DNA of 64,000 nucleotides from Candidatus Saccharimonadota bacterium (lineage in GTDB: Bacteria; Patescibacteriota; Saccharimonadia; Saccharimonadales; AWTP1-31): positions 65,272 to 129,271 of the forward strand of contig DAISWP010000001.1 of NCBI GenBank assembly GCA_036826335.1, given 5' to 3'. The notes under the pieces were generated by a model. That model was not told the origin of the DNA. It ran no database searches and worked only from the letters and a program-made list of their open reading frames with translations. The position numbers were made by a program, and so were the translations under genes. Below are positions 27,766 to 36,931 of the stretch, piece by piece (the first letter of the stretch is position 1; every line of letters starts with the position of its first letter).

Positions 27766-28638
27766 TTAAATACGAAAAATTTTGTGGTGGTAGTCATTTA
27801 GTTCGGCTAACTTTGGGGCGATACGAATAACCACGAACGAGCCAGCTTCAAGATTGGTAACGGGAGGAAGCTTTCTGCCGTCTTGGTACGCTCGTTCCTT
27901 AGTTATTTTATTGAAGGCCTGTTGACGCGCCAAAAGATCTGTTTCTACTTCGGCGAGGCCCTCTAGCTCTAAAGTCTTTAGGGCTTGTTCGTCAGTAACG
28001 GTTAGGGCTACCTGACTGTGCACGAGTATGTTTCGAGCCTTGTTCGTCAGCTCTTTGGTTAGCACGTAAATGAAACCACCCGTGTATGTGTAATAGACGC
28101 TCGCACCATGCACATTGCCCGAGCGATCTAGTGTAGATAATGTTGCAAGTTCATGTTGTTCTAGAAAACGATTGATCTCTGCATCAAGCAAGACTGCCTT
28201 CGACAGTGGCTCTGCAGCAGGCCTTTTTGGGGAGTTGCCATTCTTGGTGTGCTCTAGCTGTCGCTTTTCCATGTAGGCAACAAACTTGCGAGCAACGCCG
28301 ATGTTTACATAGCGTAATTGATAATCACCAATTCTGCTATGTAGCGTTACGGTAGCAACCAAGCCTTGCTGGCTTTTTTTTTTCAAGCAGAAGACGGCAT
28401 ACGATATCTCGTCAGAAGTTGTATACAGTGGTTTCCAGTCTATAAAAATAACGCGGCGTTCGGTCGCAACCAACATGGCCGAACCTTGCTGACAGCGTCC
28501 GTACACCGCAGCATGGATATGTTCTTCTGGGTGAATAATCTGTGGAAGTTTACGGGACTCGCCTTTTAGTAAGCCGTAGCGTGTGACGCCAGCCTTTCGT
28601 AACTCTGATTTAACTCGCTCTATATGTGCACTATCCAT
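27766..28638 (-). CDS. Hypothetical protein with an N-terminal bacterial-PH-like region and a C-terminal PNPOx-like split barrel
   Basis: Weak pattern-level resemblance only. Confidence 0.45.
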   Translation of the reverse strand: MDSAHIERVKSELRKAGVTRYGLLKGESRKLPQIIHPEEHIHAAVYGRCQQGSAMLVATERRVIFIDWKPLYTTSDEISYAVFCLKKKSQQGLVATVTLHSRIGDYQLRYVNIGVARKFVAYMEKRQLEHTKNGNSPKRPAAEPLSKAVLLDAEINRFLEQHELATLSTLDRSGNVHGASVYYTYTGGFIYVLTKELTNKARNILVHSQVALTVTDEQALKTLELEGLAEVETDLLARQQAFNKITKERAYQDGRKLPPVTNLEAGSFVVIRIAPKLAELNDYHHKIFRI

Positions 28639-28674
28639 ACTACTATGGTAACAGATAGGGGAAGACGAGTGTGC

Positions 28675-29106
28675 TTAAGCAATCTGCTTCAAGATACGTT
28701 TGCTAGCTCTTCGATCGCTTAATCTAACAAGTCCAGCTCTCGGATTCTCTAGTAGCGCTTTTGCAACACCGCCAACACTAAGGGTTCCCTTGTGCACTTC
28801 CCGAATGCCAACCGCAACAGCCTCAACAGCATCAGGTTTAAGCGTTAACTCTCTTCGTAAATAAGGGGCAATTGTTCGAACTGCTTCTGTACTTAGGTTG
28901 CACTGTCCGCCGAATACCTGCTCATCCCGGTCTGCTTCGCGGTATGTTTGAGCAGCTTGCTGTGAAAGCACTTCTGCCTCAACTGCAGTTGGAGCTGCAT
29001 CCTGGGCGTGTGCTGCCTCCATTTGTGCGTACTGCTTCAAGCCAATAGCAACAGAGAATAGCTCTGCGTTCTCGAATGTAATATTACCTTTGGTATCTCT
29101 TTGCAT
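28675..29106 (-). CDS. Hypothetical protein (143 aa)
   Basis: Long ORF in coding-like context. No domain recognised. Confidence 0.4.
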   Translation of the reverse strand: MQRDTKGNITFENAELFSVAIGLKQYAQMEAAHAQDAAPTAVEAEVLSQQAAQTYREADRDEQVFGGQCNLSTEAVRTIAPYLRRELTLKPDAVEAVAVGIREVHKGTLSVGGVAKALLENPRAGLVRLSDRRASKRILKQIA

Positions 29107-29165
29107 AGTAGCTAAATACTATCATATTTTTAATAAAAAGTCAAGTATGTGTCTTGTGGTGTGGG

Positions 29166-29414
29166 TCAGCGGATTCTTGTCATGAGGCGTATGTTGGCAA
29201 TGTACTGCGTTGCATCGAGGTCAGGGTGTGAATTGAGGTTGTTCATGTGTTTCTCTACAAACGGTATAAGGTTGCCAGGGTATAGCTCGGCATCGGTGCT
29301 ATACGTAGAATCCGTATTGTATGCGCTATCTGCAACTAAACGTTCTAGGGTTTGTCTTGCCCAAATTCCCTCAGCAGATTCTGTAAAGTTAACACGTTTT
29401 TTCAGCACGGGCAT
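29166..29414 (-). CDS. Hypothetical small protein (82 aa)
   Basis: AAGG SD-like element 9 nt upstream. Sits upstream of, and co-oriented with, the 143-aa gene. Confidence 0.3.
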   Translation of the reverse strand: MPVLKKRVNFTESAEGIWARQTLERLVADSAYNTDSTYSTDAELYPGNLIPFVEKHMNNLNSHPDLDATQYIANIRLMTRIR

Positions 29415-29622
29415 TTTTAAACCTTTGGCTTCGTTGCTTTGGGTTTCTTAACTTCTTTTCGGCCTTTGTCTTTGGACATGATGAACTCTTTCGATTATGT
29501 GTTGATGGTTAGTCCAACAACAATCTTCTCTCGCACGTTGGCAGGATTTTTAGTATTGAGGTTGTCTAGCTACCTACAATTATACGCTCATGCAACAGGT
29601 TAACCTAATCTGATGCCCAGCA

Positions 29623-30090
29623 TTGAGTAAGGCGTGTATACTTAAGGCCATGAGAAAAGCAGCCAGAGCAATTATTATCGAGAGCGGAAAAATGCTCGTA
29701 ATGTATCGTAACAAACACGGCAGTGAGTATTTTACACTTGTTGGTGGGCGGCTTAACGACGACGAAACGCCAGAACAAGCACTTGTACGTGAGATCAGGG
29801 AAGAGACAGGCCTGCAGATTACAAATTACCAACTCGTGTTCATAGAGGAACACGCAGAACCCTATAACGAACAGTACATATTTTTGTGTGAGGTTGCCCC
29901 ACACGAACCGATTGCAGTGCAAAATAGTTCAGAAGAAGGAACGATGAACAGAATGGGCATGAATATTCATACGCCCCGTTGGGTTGATGTTGACGCGCTG
30001 CATACGCTTGCGTTTCGGACGCCACAACTGCAGACAGCAATGATCAGTGCGCTGAAGAAGGGCTTCCCAAGCCAACCGGTCAAGCTATAG
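29623..30090 (+). CDS. NUDIX hydrolase
   Basis: Nudix box GGRLNDDETPEQALVREIREETGL. Confidence 0.7.
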   Translation: MSKACILKAMRKAARAIIIESGKMLVMYRNKHGSEYFTLVGGRLNDDETPEQALVREIREETGLQITNYQLVFIEEHAEPYNEQYIFLCEVAPHEPIAVQNSSEEGTMNRMGMNIHTPRWVDVDALHTLAFRTPQLQTAMISALKKGFPSQPVKL

Positions 30091-30112
30091 GTTCGCCGAA
30101 TAAGATCAAGCC

Positions 30113-30892
30113 CTAACGGCCCTCTGCTTCGGCAACAGTAAGACCTTGCTTTAAGCAGCCAACAGGCTTTTGTGCATCAACACTGTATAAGTCTAGGCCA
30201 GTGCTAGACTCCCAGGTGTTTTGCATGGCAGTAAGATCACCCAGGACTTTGTCTTTGACGGCAGATGCAAGAAGTGTGGAAGGGCATATATGGGTAGTAG
30301 TGCCGTTCTCGTCTTTGTTCACCTGTATCTCAAAGCGGTGTAACCCATTGTTCTGTATTGCAGGCTCGCCAAGTACTGTTCCTGCCTTTACGACATCATC
30401 TTTTTTAACAGAGAGATTAACAAGGTGGTCGTACCCAATTGTCCAAACGGTGTTATTGGGTAGCTGTACAAATACTTCGTAGTCTTTGCTGTCAGGTTGC
30501 TCTTTTATAAATGCCACCACGCCGTCTATTGCAGAGACCACTTTCGAGCCTGGCTTAATGGACGAGAACTCAAAGTTCGGGTTTACGCGGCCACCGCTTA
30601 GTTTGTCTCCAAAGACGTAGAAGCCCTTCAGCCCATTACTTGCGTACTCCCTCACGGCATTCTTGGTATACAAAATATCATCAAAACTCTGCAGGCCTAT
30701 GTTCTGGAGTGCCAGGTCGGCGCTCTCTTTTGTACCAGGTGTGTTGTTCGTATTCGAAGTAGGCGGCTTTGGTTTATCGGCTTCCTTTTTTGTTATGACA
30801 CGGTAACCAACTGCCCCAATCGCTGCAATAACAACAACTAACACCACCAATAGAACGTGTGCCATCCCAGCCTCACTGAAATTTTTCTTCAT
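30113..30892 (-). CDS. Membrane-anchored LytM/M23-like (degenerate) domain protein, paralog of 7065-7922
   Basis: N-terminal TM anchor. ...SAIDGVVAF...GYDHLVNLSVKKDDVVKAGTVLGEP...HRFEIQV... mirrors the motif order of the 7065 protein. Confidence 0.5.
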   Translation of the reverse strand: MKKNFSEAGMAHVLLVVLVVVIAAIGAVGYRVITKKEADKPKPPTSNTNNTPGTKESADLALQNIGLQSFDDILYTKNAVREYASNGLKGFYVFGDKLSGGRVNPNFEFSSIKPGSKVVSAIDGVVAFIKEQPDSKDYEVFVQLPNNTVWTIGYDHLVNLSVKKDDVVKAGTVLGEPAIQNNGLHRFEIQVNKDENGTTTHICPSTLLASAVKDKVLGDLTAMQNTWESSTGLDLYSVDAQKPVGCLKQGLTVAEAEGR

Positions 30893-30938
30893 GTTACCAC
30901 CCCCATTAATTAACTAACAGTATGCGCTAACAGAATGC

Positions 30939-30965
30939 AAAATAAAAGACCCCCGTTCCAGGGGT
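30939..30965 (-). terminator. Rho-independent terminator on the minus strand (ACCCCTGGAACGGGGGT + CTTTTATTTT)
   Basis: Hairpin plus U-run immediately downstream of the dehydrogenase gene. Confidence 0.45.
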
Positions 30966-31036
30966 AAAACTGTTTAAGTCACCCCACTGCATTTGCATCA
31001 GTACCTGCTGCTCGCGGGCTGTGTCGCCGGAAGAAA

Positions 31037-31975
31037 CTAATTAACTTTGTTGGGGAAGTTGCCTTTTGAAGCATTAATGATGTTTTCGATCCAAGCAACC
31101 ATTGAGTTTTTCATCGAGCCGTCGGTTACCCAACCATATGCCGGTGCAGCCCAAACATTGCCTTCATAATTTCCAAAGGTTTTTGGCTCTGCTTCGAACC
31201 CAAAGCCAAACAATTTGTTCCTTTTAACCATGTCAAGCACTAGTTCTTGACTAAACATTTCGTGAACTATACTTACGAGTATTGCAGACTTTTTCATTGA
31301 CTCTAATAAGTCATCGGTAATTATCTTCTTAGTTTCGTCGTTTAGGGCCATAGTTGGGAATATAACATCTGAGTCTCTGAAAAGTTCAGTTAATTCAACG
31401 TGTTTGTGAATGGTTTTTTTGGGGCTTTTAGACCAATACGTGACATTCATTCCTAGCCCCTCACATCTCTCTGCAATCGCAGAGCCAATATGGCCCAAAC
31501 CAATAATCCCGACTTTTTTACCCTTAAGTTCTATGCCGCGGTATTTCATGAAGTCTTTATCAAAATCCAACGGGAAGCCATCTTTGATTAATCTTGGAGT
31601 TTGTCGGGCTAGGTTGAATAGCATGGTTAGCGCCCACTCAGACACGGCTTCAGTAGAAAAGTTCCTAATGTTACAAACTGGTATTTTTTTCGTGTCAGCG
31701 ACGGTAGTGTCTACCCATGAAAAGGAAGTTGCTGCTCCAAGTATCGCCCTAAGGTTCGGGATGTCTTCATAATCAGATGAGTCTAACTTCCATCCAACAT
31801 AATCTGGGTTGAGACACAAGATGCGCTCCTCATCTCCACTATATAGATCTTTACAGTCGGATAATGGAGCAATCGTTTTTGTGATTACAAGATCAAGACC
31901 TGCTTCTTTCAGTTGAGCGAGCATCTCAGCCGTAACTAGCTCATCCCAGAGTGGATCAAATATAAATGCTTTCAT
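31037..31975 (-). CDS. D-isomer-specific 2-hydroxyacid dehydrogenase (NAD-binding)
   Basis: GKKVGIIGLGHIGSAIAERCEGLGMNV Rossmann motif. Catalytic-domain pattern. Confidence 0.75.
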   Translation of the reverse strand: MKAFIFDPLWDELVTAEMLAQLKEAGLDLVITKTIAPLSDCKDLYSGDEERILCLNPDYVGWKLDSSDYEDIPNLRAILGAATSFSWVDTTVADTKKIPVCNIRNFSTEAVSEWALTMLFNLARQTPRLIKDGFPLDFDKDFMKYRGIELKGKKVGIIGLGHIGSAIAERCEGLGMNVTYWSKSPKKTIHKHVELTELFRDSDVIFPTMALNDETKKIITDDLLESMKKSAILVSIVHEMFSQELVLDMVKRNKLFGFGFEAEPKTFGNYEGNVWAAPAYGWVTDGSMKNSMVAWIENIINASKGNFPNKVN

Positions 31976-32346
31976 TTTGCTGCTACCACGCTGATCTCAA
32001 TGCTCGCACCAAGTGGCAAGGCCTTTACGCAGACGGCCTCTCTTACTGGGTATGGTTCAGAGAAGAAGGCAGGATAAACATCGTTTAATTCTGGCATCAG
32101 GGCCATATCTGTAACGTAAATGACTACTTTGACGATGTCGTTAAGCGTTGATTCTGCGGCGGCAAGTATCGCCTCGATATTCTGCATAATCTGGGTTACT
32201 TTGTCTTTGGTCGTGCCCTCAACGAGGGTGTTATCGGGCTTAACGTGAACCTGGCCGGCCACAAACACGAAGCCGTTGGCTGTAATTGCTTGAGAAAGAA
32301 TGTGTGGCGCGCTCGGTGCGTCTTTGGTGTTTGATTCCGTTTTCAT
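31972..32346 (-). CDS. RidA/YjgF/TdcF-family reactive-enamine deaminase
   Basis: ...GFVFVAGQV... and ...ALPLGASIEISVVA... Start set at MKTES with AAGGAG 6 nt upstream. 4-nt overlap with the dehydrogenase gene. Confidence 0.7.
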   Translation of the reverse strand: MKTESNTKDAPSAPHILSQAITANGFVFVAGQVHVKPDNTLVEGTTKDKVTQIMQNIEAILAAAESTLNDIVKVVIYVTDMALMPELNDVYPAFFSEPYPVREAVCVKALPLGASIEISVVAAK

Positions 32347-32353
32347 AGGCTCC

Positions 32354-32947
32354 TTAGAATAGTATGTTAGTGTTGGGTAACGCCGCTTTGATCTTATCAA
32401 GCGTGCTCTGACTTAGCGGATTACCTGTTAAATTAAACTCTTTCAAACTATTCTTTAGGTTTGCCAGTTCATTAGGTAGCCCAGTGATTTTGTTATAGCT
32501 GTAGTTCAGTGTTTCGAGCTTGTTCAACTGTCCAATTTCGGCCGGCATGCCGGTCATGTTGTTATAGCTCACATCCAGCGTCTTAAGGGGCATCTTGCGA
32601 ACCTCGCCAATAAGGGAACCATCGAGCCGGTTGTGATCTATCTTAAGCACCTCCAATCTAGTCATTCTGCCCATCTCTGAGGGCAAGGTCTGGATGTTGT
32701 TGTTGGAGAGAAGCAAGACAGTAGTGTTCGTCTTGTTATAAATATCTGAGCCTACGACAGTTAAGCCTTTGTCGCTTGAATCTAGCGTATTTGAACTTTT
32801 TGGCTGCTTGGTTGATGTAGTGGTGGTCGTTGTTCCATCTGATGTTGTACTGGTGTTGTCAGACAGTACCTTGTCGTAGACAAGCCATCCACCTAGACAT
32901 AAGACAGCCGCTACTAATATAACAATTATTGCGTTCTTCATACTCAC
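32354..32947 (-). CDS. Membrane-anchored leucine-rich-repeat (LRR) protein
   Basis: N-terminal TM. Thr-rich linker (TTTTTTSTKQPKSS). At least five LxxLxLxxN-type repeats (LEVLKIDHNRL, LKTLDVSYNNMTG, LETLNYSYNKITG, LKEFNLTGNPL). Confidence 0.6.
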   Translation of the reverse strand: MSMKNAIIVILVAAVLCLGGWLVYDKVLSDNTSTTSDGTTTTTTSTKQPKSSNTLDSSDKGLTVVGSDIYNKTNTTVLLLSNNNIQTLPSEMGRMTRLEVLKIDHNRLDGSLIGEVRKMPLKTLDVSYNNMTGMPAEIGQLNKLETLNYSYNKITGLPNELANLKNSLKEFNLTGNPLSQSTLDKIKAALPNTNILF

Positions 32948-32976
32948 ATCATAACAAATCGGCTAGAATATAACGT

Positions 32977-33225
32977 ATGCGTTGGCAAGACATAGTAATT
33001 TCGGTAGCACAACTTTGTTTTATTATTGCCATGCTTCCAAGCATCAGAAGCAACGACAAGCCGGCTGTAGCTACAAGTGTAATGAATGTCGTACTGGTGG
33101 CGGTCATTGCTACGTGCATGCTGACGTTGCGACTTTGGTTCTCGGCATTTACTGCATTAACTATTGCAGCAACATGGACAATCCTTGCGGTACAAAAAAT
33201 ACGAATCGACAGCGAAAAAAAGTAG
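32977..33225 (+). CDS. Small hydrophobic membrane protein (82 aa), tentative
   Basis: Three hydrophobic helices. Competes with an overlapping minus-strand ORF that looks less protein-like. Confidence 0.3.
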   Translation: MRWQDIVISVAQLCFIIAMLPSIRSNDKPAVATSVMNVVLVAVIATCMLTLRLWFSAFTALTIAATWTILAVQKIRIDSEKK

Positions 33226-33273
33226 CCGTGTAGATAGTATAGAGCGTGTATCTGCTGCGTAAGTTGGTTGCGA

Positions 33274-33307
33274 AAATAAAAAAGAGGCACTGGACGTGCC
33301 TCTTTTA
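33274..33307. terminator. Bidirectional intrinsic terminator (A-run, AGAGGCAC-tggac-GTGCCTCT, T-run)
   Basis: Perfect 8-bp hairpin flanked by an A-tract and a T-tract, between convergent genes. Confidence 0.5.
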
Positions 33308-33583
33308 AACGACGGAAGACTTGCACCCACAGATGTGACCTACGAACTAACAAACTTCGAACTTTCGAACCGAACTTACTAACTTGACTGGTCACATATT
33401 AACGAACTAGTGCTGTTTCACTTGGTCTTCCGAGCAATAATCTATCAAAACAAGAATATAACGTCAAGCACATTTTAAGCATATATTTTTATGCACAGCG
33501 CCCCACGCCAATAGTGGTCAATTCGTCTTTTTCGTAGACACAGAAGAAAAACAATAGTGGAGATAATCTTTAGCAAGAAAAGA

Positions 33584-33985
33584 CTACTGTTGAGGCTCGT
33601 TGAGTGTAAGTAACCTTGCTAAGCCCCAGGCTACTAATGCGTAAACACCCAGTGCTACCAATATATAGGGTTCAAATACAGAAGTTGTAGTTCCAGAGCT
33701 TGCTTTCGTTACGCCAAATATCGTGTCGAATGGTGCGCTAAAGATACCGCTGATTGAGTATATGAAGTTCACAAATGAATTGTTAGCATTTGCAGCTGTA
33801 ATCTTTAGAATAAAGCGCATTAATAGAATAATGGCTATCAGGCCATAAATGTACCAAATTATGTTTGCAACTGTTACTTTTGTGTCTACATCAGTTTTTG
33901 CGGAGTGAGTATGTTCTGTAACAACAGTACCGCCGTCTGTAACCACGCGTTCGTCCTTATTGATGACTTTTTGTACTTCTTGCAT
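33584..33985 (-). CDS. Hypothetical multi-TM membrane protein (133 aa)
   Basis: Three to four hydrophobic helices. Confidence 0.45.
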   Translation of the reverse strand: MQEVQKVINKDERVVTDGGTVVTEHTHSAKTDVDTKVTVANIIWYIYGLIAIILLMRFILKITAANANNSFVNFIYSISGIFSAPFDTIFGVTKASSGTTTSVFEPYILVALGVYALVAWGLARLLTLNEPQQ

Positions 33986-34028
33986 GGAATAGCTCCTCGT
34001 TATTTTTGAAGATGTTTATCGCAAATTT

Positions 34029-34175
34029 CTAAACGCTTCGCCGCCCGGTTATCATGTTATATATGAACACGACGAGAGCGATTACAAGAAGAATATGGAT
34101 TAAGCCACCTCCAATATGCCCCAGCAGGCCTAAGAGCCAAAGAACGAATAAAATTACTACTACAGTCCACAGCAT
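34029..34175 (-). CDS. lmo0937-family small membrane protein (48 aa)
   Basis: Translation MLWTVVVILFVLWLLGLLGHIGGGLIHILLVIALVVFIYNMITGRRSV matches this widespread small-protein family. AGGAG sits 6 nt before the ATG. Too short for the ORF track. Confidence 0.55.
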   Translation of the reverse strand: MLWTVVVILFVLWLLGLLGHIGGGLIHILLVIALVVFIYNMITGRRSV

Positions 34176-34256
34176 GCGCATCTCCTAGTTCATTACTTAC
34201 TAAATAGAGAATACGTTAACCGAGGCGGAACAACTGTAAGAATATTTACACGCAAT

Positions 34257-35612
34257 CTAGCTGGTGCGTCTGTGGCGTAAATAATATGCGAGCAAGATGG
34301 ATATAGATACGAATAACGTCCATGAAGCCAGACGGGCAATTATATGCGTATTATCACCAGTTGCAGATAGGGAGCCACTGCTTAGACCCAGGACGCTTAC
34401 GGTACCCGTTGAGCAGAGTGAACTGGAGGATTTTGAACAAATGCGATAAGAGAAATTGTCAGTGGCGGCTGCAGACACTCTCGGGAAGAAGATTGAACTA
34501 ATGTTACTCAAGACAGTGCGACTAGCAACATCTTTTTGTGTGTAAGTAATAACGCCAGAAGTGCTGTTTACGCTTGTAGTGCCCAGAGTGGGCGCAGACG
34601 TCACCGTTACTGTGGCGTTATCAACGCCCTCGTATGCATCGGTATACATTGACGGAACATCTAGCGATGCTTTACCGGCAGAAACTGTGATACTAGGGTT
34701 TGGCGTAGTCGAACTGGGTAGTATAGTAAGCGGCTGCCAACTGACTTCGCGTGCCCAACCAGCCTCAATCTGATTCAGGCCTGTTCCATCTGGATTCATG
34801 GTGTACAGAAGGGATGGTGCAAGTGTATCTATAAAGGCAATCTTTGTTCCATCAGGCGAAAACTCTGGAGAATGGAACCCGAGACCCTCGGAAGTAAGTT
34901 GTGTCTGGCTACTCCCATCTGGACTCATGGTGAAGATCTCTTGGCTGCCACTAACCTGACTCGAATATACGAGCTTGCCGCCGCTTGGCGACCAGCTTGC
35001 TTTACGCTCGTTGACGCTATTATTTGTGAGATTTACGATACTGCTTCCGTCCGCATTCATAATAACTACTTCGTCGTCGGAGGCGTCGAGTAAAGCAACG
35101 ATCTTTGTTCCATCAGGCGAATATTCTGGATCGTAATACGAGGCCGAACTGGTTAGTTGTGTCTGGCTACTCCCATCACTATTCATTCGAAAGATTCGCA
35201 CAGCACCAGAGACGGCTTGACCATAAAGTATTTTTGTTCCATCAGGAGACCAGCTAGGGGTGTATGTGTGCTCGCTGCTAGTAGTTATCTGTTGTGCGCT
35301 AGATCCATCAGCATTTGCAACGAAAACCTGAACAACCGATGAAATCATTTGAGTGTAGACAATCCTGGTCCCATTAGGAGAGTATTCGACGTCCGACTTA
35401 CTGACACTGTCACTTAGAACGGTCTTATAATCTGTACCATCAGATTTAACACTCGAAAAGTGGTAGGCGGGACCGGTGATGTCCGTAATCAGTAATCGTC
35501 CATTGACGCCTGGAAACGTGCCCGCACTTGTCGTGCCGGGGGCTAAAAGTAAAACCATAGTCAAAGACAGAGCCAAAATCGTCATTTTTGCAGATATAAC
35601 TCGTATCTTCAT
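34257..35612 (-). CDS. Secreted TolB-like beta-propeller protein with a C-terminal sortase-type sorting signal
   Basis: Signal peptide MKIRVISAKMTILALSLTMVLLLAPGTTSA. Five or more repeats of ...SPDGTKI.../YSPDG... C-terminus LSATG + hydrophobic stretch + RHRRTS. Confidence 0.6.
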   Translation of the reverse strand: MKIRVISAKMTILALSLTMVLLLAPGTTSAGTFPGVNGRLLITDITGPAYHFSSVKSDGTDYKTVLSDSVSKSDVEYSPNGTRIVYTQMISSVVQVFVANADGSSAQQITTSSEHTYTPSWSPDGTKILYGQAVSGAVRIFRMNSDGSSQTQLTSSASYYDPEYSPDGTKIVALLDASDDEVVIMNADGSSIVNLTNNSVNERKASWSPSGGKLVYSSQVSGSQEIFTMSPDGSSQTQLTSEGLGFHSPEFSPDGTKIAFIDTLAPSLLYTMNPDGTGLNQIEAGWAREVSWQPLTILPSSTTPNPSITVSAGKASLDVPSMYTDAYEGVDNATVTVTSAPTLGTTSVNSTSGVITYTQKDVASRTVLSNISSIFFPRVSAAATDNFSYRICSKSSSSLCSTGTVSVLGLSSGSLSATGDNTHIIARLASWTLFVSISILLAYYLRHRRTS

Positions 35613-35695
35613 ATCTCTTCGAGCACCCCAAAGCTTAAGCGTTACGCTAATAGTACAGTTTCTGCTAGAACTATTCAAACACATCCCGCGGTTGT

Positions 35696-36250
35696 CTAGA
35701 GCAGGGGTGCTACGCGCGCGTCAACTTTGCCGAGAACCACAGCAAGCTCACCAGCTGCATCTATGTGATAGTCGGCTCCTTGCATGACTTCTAGGGTCGA
35801 TTGAACGAATGGGTCGTCGTTCTGATATTCTGCACGTTCATCTGCTTGGAATGCCTCGAAATCAGTTTTATCTAAGCCCTGATCCCTGTCTAAAGTTCTC
35901 AAATATCTAATTTGGACTGGGCACCAAAGGGCTATGGTTAAAGACCCATGTTGTCGTAGTGTTTGTACATGGCGAGGAACACGGATGCCATCAACAGCTA
36001 TGCGTTTGCTATCCGTTGCAAGAATAGTCTCTGGAACAAAGTCATCGCCAAGCTCATGCCTCATGTGCGTATGGGCTATTTTGTAATCGTTCCTATCATG
36101 AAGCGGAAGCCGCCGTCGGGCTGCGTAGCTTCGAATGAGGTCACTAACAAGAATGGTCTCAAAGCCGTAGGTATCTGCAAGGTGCTTGCAGACTTCACTT
36201 TTTCCTGCACCTGGATTGCCCACTACCTGGAGAATTAGCTTGTCAGACAT
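35696..36250 (-). CDS. P-loop nucleoside/nucleotide kinase (adenylate-kinase-like fold)
   Basis: Walker A GNPGAGKSEV near the N-terminus. Confidence 0.6.
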   Translation of the reverse strand: MSDKLILQVVGNPGAGKSEVCKHLADTYGFETILVSDLIRSYAARRRLPLHDRNDYKIAHTHMRHELGDDFVPETILATDSKRIAVDGIRVPRHVQTLRQHGSLTIALWCPVQIRYLRTLDRDQGLDKTDFEAFQADERAEYQNDDPFVQSTLEVMQGADYHIDAAGELAVVLGKVDARVAPLL

Positions 36251-36303
36251 AAATTATATAATACAATAAAGCACAAATATATCAACTTTATCGATAGGCT
36301 AAG

Positions 36304-36918
36304 TTGGTTTTGTGTAACAATGTATGGGTGAAGAAACCTACGGCCACATTATTCTCGCTCCAGCAACTGGTTGTAGACCTGGCTATGGTACATCGCAACC
36401 ACCATCTTTCAGGAAGTGAAAGAAGCGAGAACGACGTAGAGCATAGCTTTGCGGTTGCGTTACTCTGCTGGTACATAGTAGATGCGCACAAGATCAACTT
36501 GGACATGACCAAGGTTTTTAAGTACGCTATTGTGCACGACTTTGCAGAGAGGTATGCAGGCGACGTAAACACGTATGCGAGTCAAGCGGACCGCAATAGG
36601 AAGGTTAAACTCGAAAAGGCGGCATTAGCCAGGCTAAGCATCGAGTTTAGTAACTTTGGCGATCTCGTTAAAGTCATGAACGAATATGAGGGAAGGGAGG
36701 ATGAAGAATCTCTCTTCGTGTGGACGGTCGACAAAATACAGGCCCTTGTTCTGGCCGACATGGATGGATGGCGTCCCTATAAAAAGATTGATATTAAGTA
36801 TGATGCGTTCGTTAATAAGCACACCGAACAATTAAAGAGTGCTTCGCCTTACTGTAAGGAAATATTCGAAGCGCTTCTTGAGTACTTCAAAAGTACTTTT
36901 TACGACAGACCAAAATAA
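36304..36918 (+). CDS. HD-domain phosphohydrolase (YfbR-like 5'-deoxynucleotidase family)
   Basis: ...ENDVEHSFAVALL... then HDFAERYAGD (H...HD motif). Start codon uncertain. Confidence 0.65.
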   Translation: MVLCNNVWVKKPTATLFSLQQLVVDLAMVHRNHHLSGSERSENDVEHSFAVALLCWYIVDAHKINLDMTKVFKYAIVHDFAERYAGDVNTYASQADRNRKVKLEKAALARLSIEFSNFGDLVKVMNEYEGREDEESLFVWTVDKIQALVLADMDGWRPYKKIDIKYDAFVNKHTEQLKSASPYCKEIFEALLEYFKSTFYDRPK

Positions 36919-36931
36919 ATGACCCTGCTTA

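Noticed and set aside
29149-29451. 100-aa plus-strand ORF
   Set aside because: Antisense to the better-supported minus-strand 82-aa ORF that has an SD-like element. Cys/Ser-rich, low-complexity translation.
32949-33395. Minus-strand 148-aa ORF overlapping the plus-strand 82-aa membrane ORF
   Set aside because: Its translation is less protein-like and it would run through the bidirectional terminator at 33274-33307.

The plus-strand small membrane protein is the more plausible gene, though neither is certain.
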